The translations under genes and the position numbers were made by a program. From positions 320,001 to 384,000 of the forward strand of contig JAWLHJ010000003.1 in assembly GCA_041690395.1 (NCBI GenBank): DNA of 64,000 nucleotides, read 5' to 3'. Positions 50,488-59,621 of this stretch are shown piece by piece (within the stretch, counting starts at the first letter, position 1; each line of letters opens with the position of its first letter). The notes beneath the pieces are model-generated. The model ran no database searches and had not been told where the DNA came from. It saw only the letters and a program-made list of their open reading frames with translations. Origin of the DNA: Longimicrobiales bacterium (lineage in GTDB: Bacteria; Gemmatimonadota; Gemmatimonadetes; Longimicrobiales; Gaopeijiaceae).

Positions 50488-50631
50488 GCGCGCATCGTGC
50501 GTCCGGCCACACCTCCTCCTGGCCGCTCCGCCTACGCCGGAAGGGTGCCGGTAGCACACGGCAGACCCGCACCCTACCTTGGCCGAACCCCCCTCGGCAT
50601 CCACCAGCATCCATAGGCCGGCTGCAGCTTC

Positions 50632-51780
50632 ATGGAACATATCCCAGAGGACCTCAAGGGATCCGACTTCGTCGCGATTCTCGAGGCGCTCGCGAGCGGG
50701 GTCTCCATCGCGAACGCGGAGGGGCGGATCATCTACTCGAACGGCGCGGCGAACCGTATTCTCGGTACGGCGCGCAGCGACGCCCCACCGTCGGAATGGG
50801 CCGACCACTACGGGGTGTTCGTTCCGGGCACGGACACCCCGTTCCCTGAGAGCGATTACCCATTGGTTCGAGCCCTGAAGGGCGAAGAAGCCGACGACGT
50901 GGAGCTCGTGATCCGCAACCCGGCACACTCCGGCGACGTCACCATCCAGTGCTCGGCCCGCCCCCTCAGGAACGGCGGAGATTCGCTCACCGGCGCCGTC
51001 GTGATCTTCCGCGACGTCACTGCCCTGAAGGAGGCCCTCGCCGACCTGGAGCGCTCCAACGACGAGTTGCACCAGGCGCAGCGGATGAAGGAAGAGCTCA
51101 ACGCATTCATCGTGCACGACCTGAAGAACCCCATCCAGACGGTCCTGGCCCTCGCCGACCTGATGGAGACGGCGGAGGAGATCGATCCGGAACAGGTGCG
51201 CGCCGATGCCGCCGAGACCCGGGCCGCCGCCGAGCGCATGCACCGCATGGTATTGGATCTGCTCGATCTCCAGCTCTCGGAAGACGGACGCCTGGAGGTC
51301 GAGCGCGAGCCGGTACTGGTCCGGGACCTCCTGGAAGAGGCCGCCCAGGCCCTCCGCACCCGGGCGCCGGGCATCACGGTCGGGAGCATCTCACCGGGTC
51401 TGACCCTCGAGATCGACCGCTCGCTGGCCTTCCGGCTGCTGACGAATCTGGTCGACAACTGCGTGAAGTACGGGCCAACCGAGGGGACGATCCTTCTCGA
51501 AGGGTCGGCGACGGGAGACGGATCGGCCATTCTGTCCGTTCAGGACGAGGGACCCGGCGTCCCGGAGGAGCTCAAGGAGCGGATCTTCGACAAGTACGCG
51601 CAGTTGGAGCGCAACCTGGGCCGGCGAGTCGCCGATAGTCGCGGGCTCGGGCTGCGGTTCTGCCGGGTCGTGGCGGAGGCGCACGGAGGGGAGATCTGGG
51701 TCGAGAACGTGCAGCCGACCGGAGCGCGTTTCATCGTGAAGCTGAAGACCCCGTCTGGAGACAACCATGTCGTTCCGTAA
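50632..51780 (+). CDS. Cytoplasmic PAS-domain sensor histidine kinase
   Basis: PAS region ending FRDVT; VHDLKNP H-box; NLVDNCVKY, DEGPGV and GLGL boxes. Confidence 0.93.
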   Translation: MEHIPEDLKGSDFVAILEALASGVSIANAEGRIIYSNGAANRILGTARSDAPPSEWADHYGVFVPGTDTPFPESDYPLVRALKGEEADDVELVIRNPAHSGDVTIQCSARPLRNGGDSLTGAVVIFRDVTALKEALADLERSNDELHQAQRMKEELNAFIVHDLKNPIQTVLALADLMETAEEIDPEQVRADAAETRAAAERMHRMVLDLLDLQLSEDGRLEVEREPVLVRDLLEEAAQALRTRAPGITVGSISPGLTLEIDRSLAFRLLTNLVDNCVKYGPTEGTILLEGSATGDGSAILSVQDEGPGVPEELKERIFDKYAQLERNLGRRVADSRGLGLRFCRVVAEAHGGEIWVENVQPTGARFIVKLKTPSGDNHVVP

Positions 51781-53995
51781 GGCCCCCTTCGTCGTCGCTA
51801 TCGCATGCGCGGCGCTGGTCGCCGCCCCCGCTCCCGTGTCTGCGCAGGATGGTCCGCGCTTCTCGACCGAGTTCGCGCTCGACGTGCGCTCGCCCCAGAT
51901 CGAAGACGTCACCGACGACGGGAGGCTGGCCGCGATCGTCGTCCGCACCCGCCGGGGTCGCGTGGACGTGGACCACGAGCGCTTCGGCGACCCGACGTAC
52001 GTCGCGCCGAGTCTCGTCACGGCGTTCGTGCTCGACACGCGCTCCGGGGAGCGGACGTGGCTCCACGAGAGCCCGGCCCAGTTGGGGGAGTTCACGTGGT
52101 CACCGGACGGGACCCGGCTCGCGTACCTCCACTACGACGGCGACGTGCATCGCCTGCGCGTGTACGACGCGGGTTCAGGCTCCGCTCGCGAGGTCGAGCT
52201 CGACACCGATCTCCCCGTCGCGTCGTCGTCCCCGTTGGTCTGGTCCCCGGACGGGAGCCAGCTGCTCATGGCCGTGCGCCCCGCCGGATGGGCGGAGCGG
52301 GCGCGCAACGCATTCTACTCCATGACCGAGGCGCCGGTCATCGTCCAGGACTCACGCAACGACTTCCTCGCGTGGGACCGGGTGCGGAACATGGCCGACG
52401 AACAGACCACGGTGCTCGTCTCGGTCGCGGACGGCTCGGTGCGCGAGCTGCTCGGAGAGGTGGTCCCGCAAGACCCGGCGTTCTCGCCCGACGGGGCGCG
52501 CCTGACGTACAGCACCGCCGTGGACACGAAGACGTCGTACACCCGCAGGGACGGCGCCGACTACGCCCTGTACACGATGGATCTCGAGAGTGGCGAAGCC
52601 GCGGAGCTCGTGGCCCCGTCCGAGGACCGCATCCAGGTCGAGTGGAACGACGCGCGGGATGCGTACGCCTTCGTGGAAGAGGGCGCGGTCATGGTCCGGC
52701 GTCTCGGGGAGGACGAGCCCATCGACGTCACCGAGGGACATCGGGACCAACCCGGGGACACCACCGACCTCGACTACGGGCTGGAGCGGTGGAGCCCGGA
52801 CGGCGGGCGCCTCCTCCTGACCGATTCGACGGGATGGCACCTGCTGGACCTGCAGTCCGATGAGCTCCGGACCGTGCTTCCGCTGGAGGAGGACGAAGAC
52901 ACCCGGCCCCGCCGGAGCGTCGAGCAGTGGTCCGACGACGGGCGCTTCCTCTACTTCACGTACTCCGCGCGGGACAGGTGGGAACGTGGCCTGAAGCGCC
53001 TCGACCTCGAGAGCGGCGCCGTGGACGACCTCGTGCTCGACGACGGCGTCTACGGAGACTGGCACGTGAGCGACGACGGGGGCACCGCCGTGTACACGCG
53101 CTCCGACGGTGATCGGCCCGACGAGGTCTGGACGCTCGCCGCCGGATCCGCCCCGACCCGCCTGACCGACCTCAACCCCCAGCTCGAGGACGTGCCCCTC
53201 GCCCGCACCGAGCTCGTCGAATACCTCGACGTCGACGGCAACACGCTCTACGGCATCCTCTACTACCCGATCGGCTACGAGCCGGGACGCTCTTATCCGC
53301 TGGTCGCGGAGATCTACGAGGAGTACTTCGACAACGGGTTCAACGAGAACATGAACCTCGTCACGGCCCGGGGATGGTTCGGTTTCCGGCCATCGGTCCG
53401 GTTCGAGGAGGGATACCCGGGCGAAGCGTGGCTCAAAGCGGTTCCGAACGCCGTGAACGCGCTCATCGAGCGGGCGCTCGTGGATCCGGACCGGGTCGGC
53501 GTCTACGGTCAGAGCTACGGCGGCTACGCCGTGAACCTGCTCATCACCCAGACCGACCGCTTCGCTGCGGCCGCGAACGTCTCCGGCAAGGTGAACATCA
53601 TCTCCTTCCTCGGTGATTCGCCGAAGATCACCACGCGGAACTACGCCGCCGCCGAGGTGGGCCAGGACCGCATCGGCGCGACGCTCTGGGAGCAGCCCCA
53701 CAAGTACATCGCGACCTCGGCGGTCATGTTCGCCGACCGCATCGAGACCCCGCTCCTCATGCTGTCCGGCGAGGGCGACTGGAACGTGCCCGCCACGAAC
53801 CAGCGCGAGATGTACAACGCGCTCCGGCGGCTCGGAAAAGAGGTGGTCTGGGTGCACTACACCGCGGGCGGGCACGGCGCCGGGCGCGCCAGCACGGTGG
53901 CCGACTTCCACGACCACTGGCGGCGGATGCTCGACTGGTTCGGCGAGCACCTGGAGGAAGCGGAGGGCGGAAGCACCGACGGTTCCAGCCAGTAG
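51767..53995 (+). CDS. Secreted S9 family peptidase (beta-propeller + alpha/beta hydrolase)
   Basis: Signal peptide; WSPDG repeats; GQSYGG, GEGDWNV and GGHG catalytic triad motifs. Confidence 0.92.
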   Translation: MSFRKAPFVVAIACAALVAAPAPVSAQDGPRFSTEFALDVRSPQIEDVTDDGRLAAIVVRTRRGRVDVDHERFGDPTYVAPSLVTAFVLDTRSGERTWLHESPAQLGEFTWSPDGTRLAYLHYDGDVHRLRVYDAGSGSAREVELDTDLPVASSSPLVWSPDGSQLLMAVRPAGWAERARNAFYSMTEAPVIVQDSRNDFLAWDRVRNMADEQTTVLVSVADGSVRELLGEVVPQDPAFSPDGARLTYSTAVDTKTSYTRRDGADYALYTMDLESGEAAELVAPSEDRIQVEWNDARDAYAFVEEGAVMVRRLGEDEPIDVTEGHRDQPGDTTDLDYGLERWSPDGGRLLLTDSTGWHLLDLQSDELRTVLPLEEDEDTRPRRSVEQWSDDGRFLYFTYSARDRWERGLKRLDLESGAVDDLVLDDGVYGDWHVSDDGGTAVYTRSDGDRPDEVWTLAAGSAPTRLTDLNPQLEDVPLARTELVEYLDVDGNTLYGILYYPIGYEPGRSYPLVAEIYEEYFDNGFNENMNLVTARGWFGFRPSVRFEEGYPGEAWLKAVPNAVNALIERALVDPDRVGVYGQSYGGYAVNLLITQTDRFAAAANVSGKVNIISFLGDSPKITTRNYAAAEVGQDRIGATLWEQPHKYIATSAVMFADRIETPLLMLSGEGDWNVPATNQREMYNALRRLGKEVVWVHYTAGGHGAGRASTVADFHDHWRRMLDWFGEHLEEAEGGSTDGSSQ

Positions 53996-54079
53996 AACGT
54001 GGTGGCGCGACACCGCGACACCCGTCGCAATGGAGAACCAGAATCGTCCCCATACGCGGCCATTTCGGCCCGGTGGGCG

Positions 54080-54095
54080 GGGCACGCATCGTGCA
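54080..54095 (+). promoter_or_regulatory. Putative sigma-54 promoter
   Basis: gGGCACG-catc-gTGCA; GCGACA half-sites upstream at 54007 and 54015. Confidence 0.55.
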
Positions 54096-54301
54096 TTTTG
54101 AGGGCTCACCAGAGCACGCCCCGCGTTCGAGACGTCGAGGCGACGCCCCTCCTCACTCCCGATCTTCAACTGGAACTCGATGCCCTGGAAGGGAGCCGGT
54201 CCCGAGATACGGCGATCACTCGCGCGCGGATGGTCCCACCTGTTGCCCGGCGTGGCTAGTACCTCGTGCATTGTCCGGGCTCTGGCCAACCGTGGTCACA
54301 T

Positions 54302-55858
54302 GTGACCGACCAACCGGGAGTCGCCCAACTAGCAGCCAAGGAATCGTCCGACCGTGTGACCCGAAAGCAGATTCGGGGATCGGGGCTCCTCCTGTCGGGC
54401 CGTGGCGTGGGACAAGGCCTCAAGTTCCTCGCCGAGCTCATGGTGGTCCGCTACCTGAGCACCGAGGGGTACGGAGCGTGGACGTACGCTCTGGCCGCGG
54501 TCACCTTCCTGCGCGGCATGTCCGCCCTCGGTCTCAACCGGGCGCTCAGTCGATACCTCCCCCTGCACCTCGAGCGCGGGGAGTTCCAACAGTTCTATGG
54601 GGTCCTGGTGTTCGTGTTCGGCGCGCTGGTCGCGGCCGGTACGATCGTGGTGGCGGGCTTCTACGCGCTGCCGGAAGAGGTGGCCGCCCTGGCGGGGGTC
54701 TCCTCCGAGCAAGCCCTGGCGCTCCTGTTCATCGTGATCTTCCTGGTACCGGTCGAGATCATCGACATCGGGCTCACCGGCGTGAGCGCGGCGTTCGGCG
54801 ATTCCCGGACGATCTTCGTGCGACGATTCCTCCTCCACCCCGGCCTGCGGATCGCCGTTGCGGGGACCCTGGTCCTCATGAAGGCCGATATCACGCTGCT
54901 CGCATACGGCTACCTGTTCTCGGGCGTGGTGGGAATCGCCTACTACGGGTGGGCCGTGGCCGTCCAGATGCGGGACCGCGGCCTCCTCGATCGTGGTCTC
55001 TTGCGCGGCTTGCGACTACCGGTGCGCAAGGTCCTTTCCTATACGACGCCCGTCATGGCCTCGGACTGGTGCTCCATCTTCATGCTTACGGCAGGTCCCT
55101 TGCTCCTCGGCTACTTCACCGACATGAGCACCGTGGCTCTCTACCAAGTCGTGGTTCCGGTGGCTGCCTTGAACACCCTGGTGGCGCAGAGCTTCACCAT
55201 GCTGTTCGAGCCGTCGGCTTCGCGCCTCCACGCAAGAGGCGATGCGACCGGTCTGAACGATCACTACTGGCGCACGGCGGTCTGGGTGGCGGTGCTCACT
55301 TTCCCGCTGTTCGCGCTGTCGTTTACGGCGTCTATTCCCCTGACGGTCTTGTTGTTCGGGGAGCGCTACGCCGCGGCCGGACCGATCCTCACATTGCTCG
55401 CGTCGGGCCACTTCATCGGTTCGATGGCGGGATTCAATTCCGAGGCGTTGCGCGTGACCGGAAGCCTGCGGTGGCTCATCGCGGTGAACGCCCTTGGAGC
55501 TGCGACCACGGTCGGCTTGAGCGTGCTGCTCATCCCCGGCATGGGTGCCATGGGGGCCGCCATCGGATTCGCGGCAGGACATTTCCTCTACGCGGTACTC
55601 AAGCAGGTCGCCGTCCAGAGGGCCACGGGCGTCAAAGCCTTCGATCTCACCTACAAGGGACCATACATCACCATGGCGGTCGTCGCGCTGCTCTTGCTCG
55701 TGACGAGGTTGACCTGGCCTGCCGAGCCGTGGATCCTGGTGCCGGCCGCGGTTGTCGGGTCGCTCGTTGTGTACTTCAGCGCGCGCGCGAGCTTGTCGGT
55801 GCTGGACACCTTCCCGGAGCTGGGAAGGTCCAAGCTGATGCGAACCATCTTCGGCTGA
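54302..55858 (+). CDS. wzx: Wzx-type oligosaccharide flippase
   Basis: Polytopic membrane protein; VRYLSTEGYG, VALYQVV, LFGERY, LIPGMGAMGAAI; polysaccharide gene context. Start approximate. Confidence 0.88.
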   Translation: MTDQPGVAQLAAKESSDRVTRKQIRGSGLLLSGRGVGQGLKFLAELMVVRYLSTEGYGAWTYALAAVTFLRGMSALGLNRALSRYLPLHLERGEFQQFYGVLVFVFGALVAAGTIVVAGFYALPEEVAALAGVSSEQALALLFIVIFLVPVEIIDIGLTGVSAAFGDSRTIFVRRFLLHPGLRIAVAGTLVLMKADITLLAYGYLFSGVVGIAYYGWAVAVQMRDRGLLDRGLLRGLRLPVRKVLSYTTPVMASDWCSIFMLTAGPLLLGYFTDMSTVALYQVVVPVAALNTLVAQSFTMLFEPSASRLHARGDATGLNDHYWRTAVWVAVLTFPLFALSFTASIPLTVLLFGERYAAAGPILTLLASGHFIGSMAGFNSEALRVTGSLRWLIAVNALGAATTVGLSVLLIPGMGAMGAAIGFAAGHFLYAVLKQVAVQRATGVKAFDLTYKGPYITMAVVALLLLVTRLTWPAEPWILVPAAVVGSLVVYFSARASLSVLDTFPELGRSKLMRTIFG

Positions 55859-56078
55859 GCGGCTTGCTCCTCGTCCGGTTGCATCGGTGTTCGGTAACCG
55901 CGGCGCACCGTCCGAACCGTCGTACGAATCGAACAGTCGTCCCATCAGGGGCACCGCCCGCACTGAACTGCCTAGCGCTCGTGGAAGCCTCGCCGTCGGG
56001 GCGAAAACCGAGGCGCAACAAGGCCGGAGCGAAGCCGCCCGGGTCACCGTGGAGGGGCCGCCTCCGGCACGAGATGGT

Positions 56079-56094
56079 AGGCACGAGGCTTGCG
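56079..56094 (+). promoter_or_regulatory. Putative sigma-54 promoter
   Basis: aGGCACG-aggc-TTGCG, about 60 bp upstream of the GT2 start. Confidence 0.7.
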
Positions 56095-56152
56095 CCCTGC
56101 AGGGTCATTGTCGGCGATCTCCGCCGCTCGGTATCGTTCGAACGGGAGTAAC

Positions 56153-56980
56153 GTGTTGACGGAAGAAAATGACGTGCGACGACCCGACGTCTCCGTGATC
56201 GTACCGGTGAACGCTCAGGGCGATCTCGGGAACGTACGCACCCTACTCGCGGACGTGGGAAAGTACGAAGGCCCCCTGATCGTCGAGACGATCCTCGTCG
56301 TCAACAACTTCCCGGAAGGCGAGATCCCCAGCGAAGCTGATGATCTCGCAGAACTCGCGACGACCGTATTGACCATCCCTGACGTCCGCAAGCCGGGCGA
56401 GGCCGTCGGGTTTTCGGCTCGCATTCCGGGCATCCGGGCGGCATCCTCGCAGTGCTGCGTGCTCTTCGACGCCGACTGTCGGATTCCCGACCCGACCGCG
56501 CTTCTGGACTGGTATCACGAGCAGTTTCAGCGCGGCGCTGATGCCGCCTACACCCATGTGGCCTACCACGACTACGACGACGCGCTGTCCGTACGTGTGT
56601 ACTTCGCCGTGCACCACACCGCTCGATGGGTGAAGCGTCGGCTGCTCGGCATCCCTACGACCCGGGGAAGCAACTACACCGTCCGACGGGACGTTTTGCT
56701 CGAGCTCTACGACCAGGGCCTCCTGGCCGATGAGATGAACGTGGGCCCCACGATGAAGCGCTTGAAGGGCCCGGTCGTCTACGGATCCGACGAGGAGCTG
56801 ACCGTCTATACCTCAGGAAGAATGTTTTCGCCGGGATGGCGAAACTTCATTCCTTACTTCTTCTATAGGTTGCGCTACAACCTGCGGGTCCTCCCTGTGC
56901 GGCCCAACGTGGCCAGCGTGACCGGTCGTGAGAACGACCCGGTCAGGCGGTACGAAGACAATGCGCCGATCAGGGACTAA
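56153..56980 (+). CDS. GT2 family glycosyltransferase
   Basis: VSVIVPVN, ILVVN, LFDAD (DxD), GSN.TVRR, TSGR; GGGAG RBS. Confidence 0.82.
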   Translation: MLTEENDVRRPDVSVIVPVNAQGDLGNVRTLLADVGKYEGPLIVETILVVNNFPEGEIPSEADDLAELATTVLTIPDVRKPGEAVGFSARIPGIRAASSQCCVLFDADCRIPDPTALLDWYHEQFQRGADAAYTHVAYHDYDDALSVRVYFAVHHTARWVKRRLLGIPTTRGSNYTVRRDVLLELYDQGLLADEMNVGPTMKRLKGPVVYGSDEELTVYTSGRMFSPGWRNFIPYFFYRLRYNLRVLPVRPNVASVTGRENDPVRRYEDNAPIRD

Positions 56981-57235
56981 CCCTGACGTCGCGCTCGGTT
57001 GACCTGCTCTCTGTGCTTCCTGGCTTCCGCCAGCTTCTCCTTCCGCTCCTGGATCCTGGCCGCGGGATCGCCCTCCCAGTACTCCGCAGGCGGAAGGTAG
57101 CCCAGCGCCGAGTGCCTGCGCCTCGGGTTGAACCAGCCCTCGATGTAGCGGAACACGGCCATGCGCGCCTCGGCGTGGCTCCTGAAGATACGCCGGTCTC
57201 ACTCATGAGGTGTCCACCGAACCGGGTCAACTCCA
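56977..57235 (-). mobile_element. Internally deleted IS3-family remnant (terminal inverted repeat + transposase C-terminal stub)
   Basis: Terminal repeat TGGAGTTGACCCGGTTCGGTGGACAC (57235-57210), followed about 12 bp later by DRRIFRSHAEARMAVFRYIEGWFNPRRRHSALGYLPPAEY. Confidence 0.85.
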
Positions 57236-57385
57236 GTTATAGAAAAGCGGCTCGGGCCATGAGGATCTCATCTCATCACTCGGTGTGAACGCTCACGAAC
57301 ACGCGGAGGAAGAGAAATGGCCCCATGACCCGAAACCGCCGGCCCACCCACGAACCAACTCAGGACAGCTGAACGACCCCCAGGC

Positions 57386-58987
57386 TTAGCGGTGGGTCCA
57401 GCTCGTGTAACCCACGGTACGTCCCGCCCCCGCCACACCATTCATCGGGAACGACTCCCCGTAGGCGTTGTTCACCAGCTGCACCACGTCCCGGGCACGA
57501 TCGCCGTCGAACCAGCGGACGTCGCCCGTTTCCGTGCGCAGGTGCATGAGGTACTCGTGCGTGCGGAGCACCGCGCGGTCCGCGACCTCGAACGCAGGGT
57601 ATCCGGCATTCTCCAGAATGACCGCGGCGGGCACCAAGCCCTCGAGTCCGACCCAGGCATACTGCGTGTACCCCGGTTCCCACTGGTACAGTCCCCCACG
57701 CCGCATGTCACCGACCAACGCCCCGTCGATCCTCCGCACACTGCCGGCGCCGACGCGGCCTGAAGGAACACGCTTGGTGGCTCCGGCCGGATTCACGGCG
57801 CATGGATTCTGGTCGTCGTGCGTCCACCCGTCTCTCACGGGGGGAACGAGATAGATGTTCTCGCGGTCCGGCGCTCCGGGATCGCACACGAAGGTACGAT
57901 ATGCGTCCCATCCCCGCTCCATCGCCCAGTCGTCCTGCAGATAGCCCGCCACAGCCACGTACGCGAAACCCTCCTGAGCGGCCGCGTTGGCGGACGAGTG
58001 GAAGGGACCGAAAGGCCGAAGCTGACTGAGGTTGTTGTTGTCGCTGAGTCGTAGGGTCAGCCATTCGGTGGCCCACTCCTCGAAGCGGGTCCCGGCGCTG
58101 TTCGGGTCACCGTCGGCACGAAGGTCGAGCATGTCGGCTGCGATCATGTACGCTGCCAGGTTCCGACCCACGGCCAGCCAACGTCCGCCCCGCTCGGTGC
58201 CGATGGCGTCGAGCAAGCCTTGCCGCGCCTTCGCGCAGTACTGACCGGTGCGTACGCAGACCAGAGCAGCGGCCATGGTGTAGACGTCGTGGCTCGAGTC
58301 CTGGTCTGCGATATTCGCCGTTCCCGCGTCCCTGCCGGCGTCGCGCAGGAGCCTGTCCCATGCCGCACCCGAGGTGGGCAGGGCCATGATCTCATCCCTG
58401 TCGATCCAGATACCTCGGCTCGGGGATATGTCGTCCCACGAACCCTCCGGTACGTCCGCGTCCACACTGGTGGTACGGCCGACCGCGATATTGGAGTAGT
58501 TGGCGTCGGCCCAGGCAGTGCCTTCGATCCGATACGACATCATCAGGAACTCGTAGTCCGTGTCGGGATCGAGCCCCTCGACGGTGCACGACACGGTCGC
58601 GCCGACTCCCCCGAGCTCAGCGACCGGGTCACAACCAACGGAAGCCTCGCGCCATACGATGGAGGGCCGCGAGTACTTCACGCGGTAACGCGCCGGGTCC
58701 CCGGTGCCATCGTCGATATGCGTCCACGTGAGCTCAATGGACGACTCGTCCGCACGGGACACGGCCAGGTCGGGCACGCCCCCGGGCGTCGGGTACGCGG
58801 CCTCGACCGGAACGACGTCAGTCGGTTCGACGGTGACGGCCGTCGGTGAAGCGTCACCACAGGCCGTAAGAGGGGCCAGAAGGACCATCAGTGGAGCGAG
58901 CACGTTTCTCCCAAGTCCGGGAAGTCGCTCCAACATACCCTTCGACGCTACGGTTGTCCCACTGCGATCAGCAGCCATACCAGGCAT
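57386..58987 (-). CDS. Lipoprotein with an FN3 domain and a C-terminal helical, alginate-lyase-like domain
   Basis: Lipobox LTAC; SIELTW...VEGLDPDTDYEF...SN FN3 motif; C-terminal GIWIDRDEIMALPTSGAAW...NLAAYMIAADML. Start 58987 or 58936. The lyase call is inference. Confidence 0.7.
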   Translation of the reverse strand: MPGMAADRSGTTVASKGMLERLPGLGRNVLAPLMVLLAPLTACGDASPTAVTVEPTDVVPVEAAYPTPGGVPDLAVSRADESSIELTWTHIDDGTGDPARYRVKYSRPSIVWREASVGCDPVAELGGVGATVSCTVEGLDPDTDYEFLMMSYRIEGTAWADANYSNIAVGRTTSVDADVPEGSWDDISPSRGIWIDRDEIMALPTSGAAWDRLLRDAGRDAGTANIADQDSSHDVYTMAAALVCVRTGQYCAKARQGLLDAIGTERGGRWLAVGRNLAAYMIAADMLDLRADGDPNSAGTRFEEWATEWLTLRLSDNNNLSQLRPFGPFHSSANAAAQEGFAYVAVAGYLQDDWAMERGWDAYRTFVCDPGAPDRENIYLVPPVRDGWTHDDQNPCAVNPAGATKRVPSGRVGAGSVRRIDGALVGDMRRGGLYQWEPGYTQYAWVGLEGLVPAAVILENAGYPAFEVADRAVLRTHEYLMHLRTETGDVRWFDGDRARDVVQLVNNAYGESFPMNGVAGAGRTVGYTSWTHR

Positions 58988-59095
58988 CCTCTGCTCTCAG
59001 GTGTTCGGTTCCGTGAGGTTTCGGCGGGGCGGTGGAATGCCTGTGGATCGCCGTTGGAAGACCCGGCCAGACGTCGCACCATGTTTCCGGTGTCG

Positions 59096-59200
59096 AGCGC
59101 TGGCGGTCCGGCTGGCGTGATGACCGTCGCGTGACGGCCACGGTAGCCCCGTGACTCTGCGCCACCGTCTTTCAACGGCTTTGCTCTTGGCAGCGTCGTG
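59096..59200 (-). ncRNA. GEMM-I (c-di-GMP-I family) riboswitch, A20 variant (candidate 3',3'-cGAMP sensor)
   Basis: Minus strand: CGCUG-CCAAG-A-GCAAA-GCCGUU-GAAA-GACGGU-GGCGCAGA-GUCACGGGGCUACCG-UGGCCGUC-ACGC-GACGGUCA-UCACGCCAGCCGGAC-CGC-CAGCG. P1, P2 with GAAA tetraloop, P3 and the conserved junctions are all present; located in a 5' leader. Confidence 0.9.
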
Positions 59201-59282
59201 CGAAGGCAAGCTCAAGTTGTCGACCCAACGCGTCAAGTGTCGCGCCGACGATACAGGCTCCCCGCCCCAGCCCACTGTTGGA

Positions 59283-59299
59283 AGCATGAATCGGGCCAC
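59283..59299 (-). promoter_or_regulatory. Putative sigma-54 promoter for the riboswitch leader
   Basis: Minus strand gTGGCCCG-attc-aTGCT (GG-N10-GC), about 85 bp upstream of the aptamer. Confidence 0.6.
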
Positions 59300-59538
59300 T
59301 TTCGCCGCGTCGGCACAACATGTCGCTCCAATAATGTTGCACCCACACGGCAATTCGTAGCTTAGGGGCGAAGTCGAATGGGCCTCACGAGGAACCGCTG
59401 ACGGGATCGATGACCGTTCGTTTTGCGAACAGTCTATGACGCGGGCGATCGACACCGAGGGGGCTGTGGTGGGTGGTGCCTGCGCGGCATGTGAGCATTT
59501 GCGCGGCTCCGAGGGGGGCACGATGCCTACTGTTGCCG

Positions 59539-59553
59539 TGGCGCGCCTCTTGC
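59539..59553 (+). promoter_or_regulatory. Putative sigma-54 promoter
   Basis: TGGCGCG-cctc-TTGC, about 70 bp upstream of GTG 59622. Confidence 0.7.
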
Positions 59554-59621
59554 CCCTTCAGCTAGACAGACCATCGATCCGGCCGGCAAGACGACCTTCA
59601 CCACACGGAGGAGGCACCTCA

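Noticed and set aside
47323..50616. 1097-aa plus-strand ORF, and similar long shadow ORFs such as 10934-13144, 52352-54289 and 54073-56151
   Set aside because: Antisense or alternate-frame shadows of well-supported genes in high-GC DNA, with no recognisable motifs.
55981..56080. Second GEMM-like sequence upstream of GT2 (AAGCC..CGGGTC..ATGGTAG)
   Set aside because: No GNRA-capped P2 and no closing P3/P1 pairing. It also lies upstream of the predicted sigma-54 start, so it would not be in the leader.
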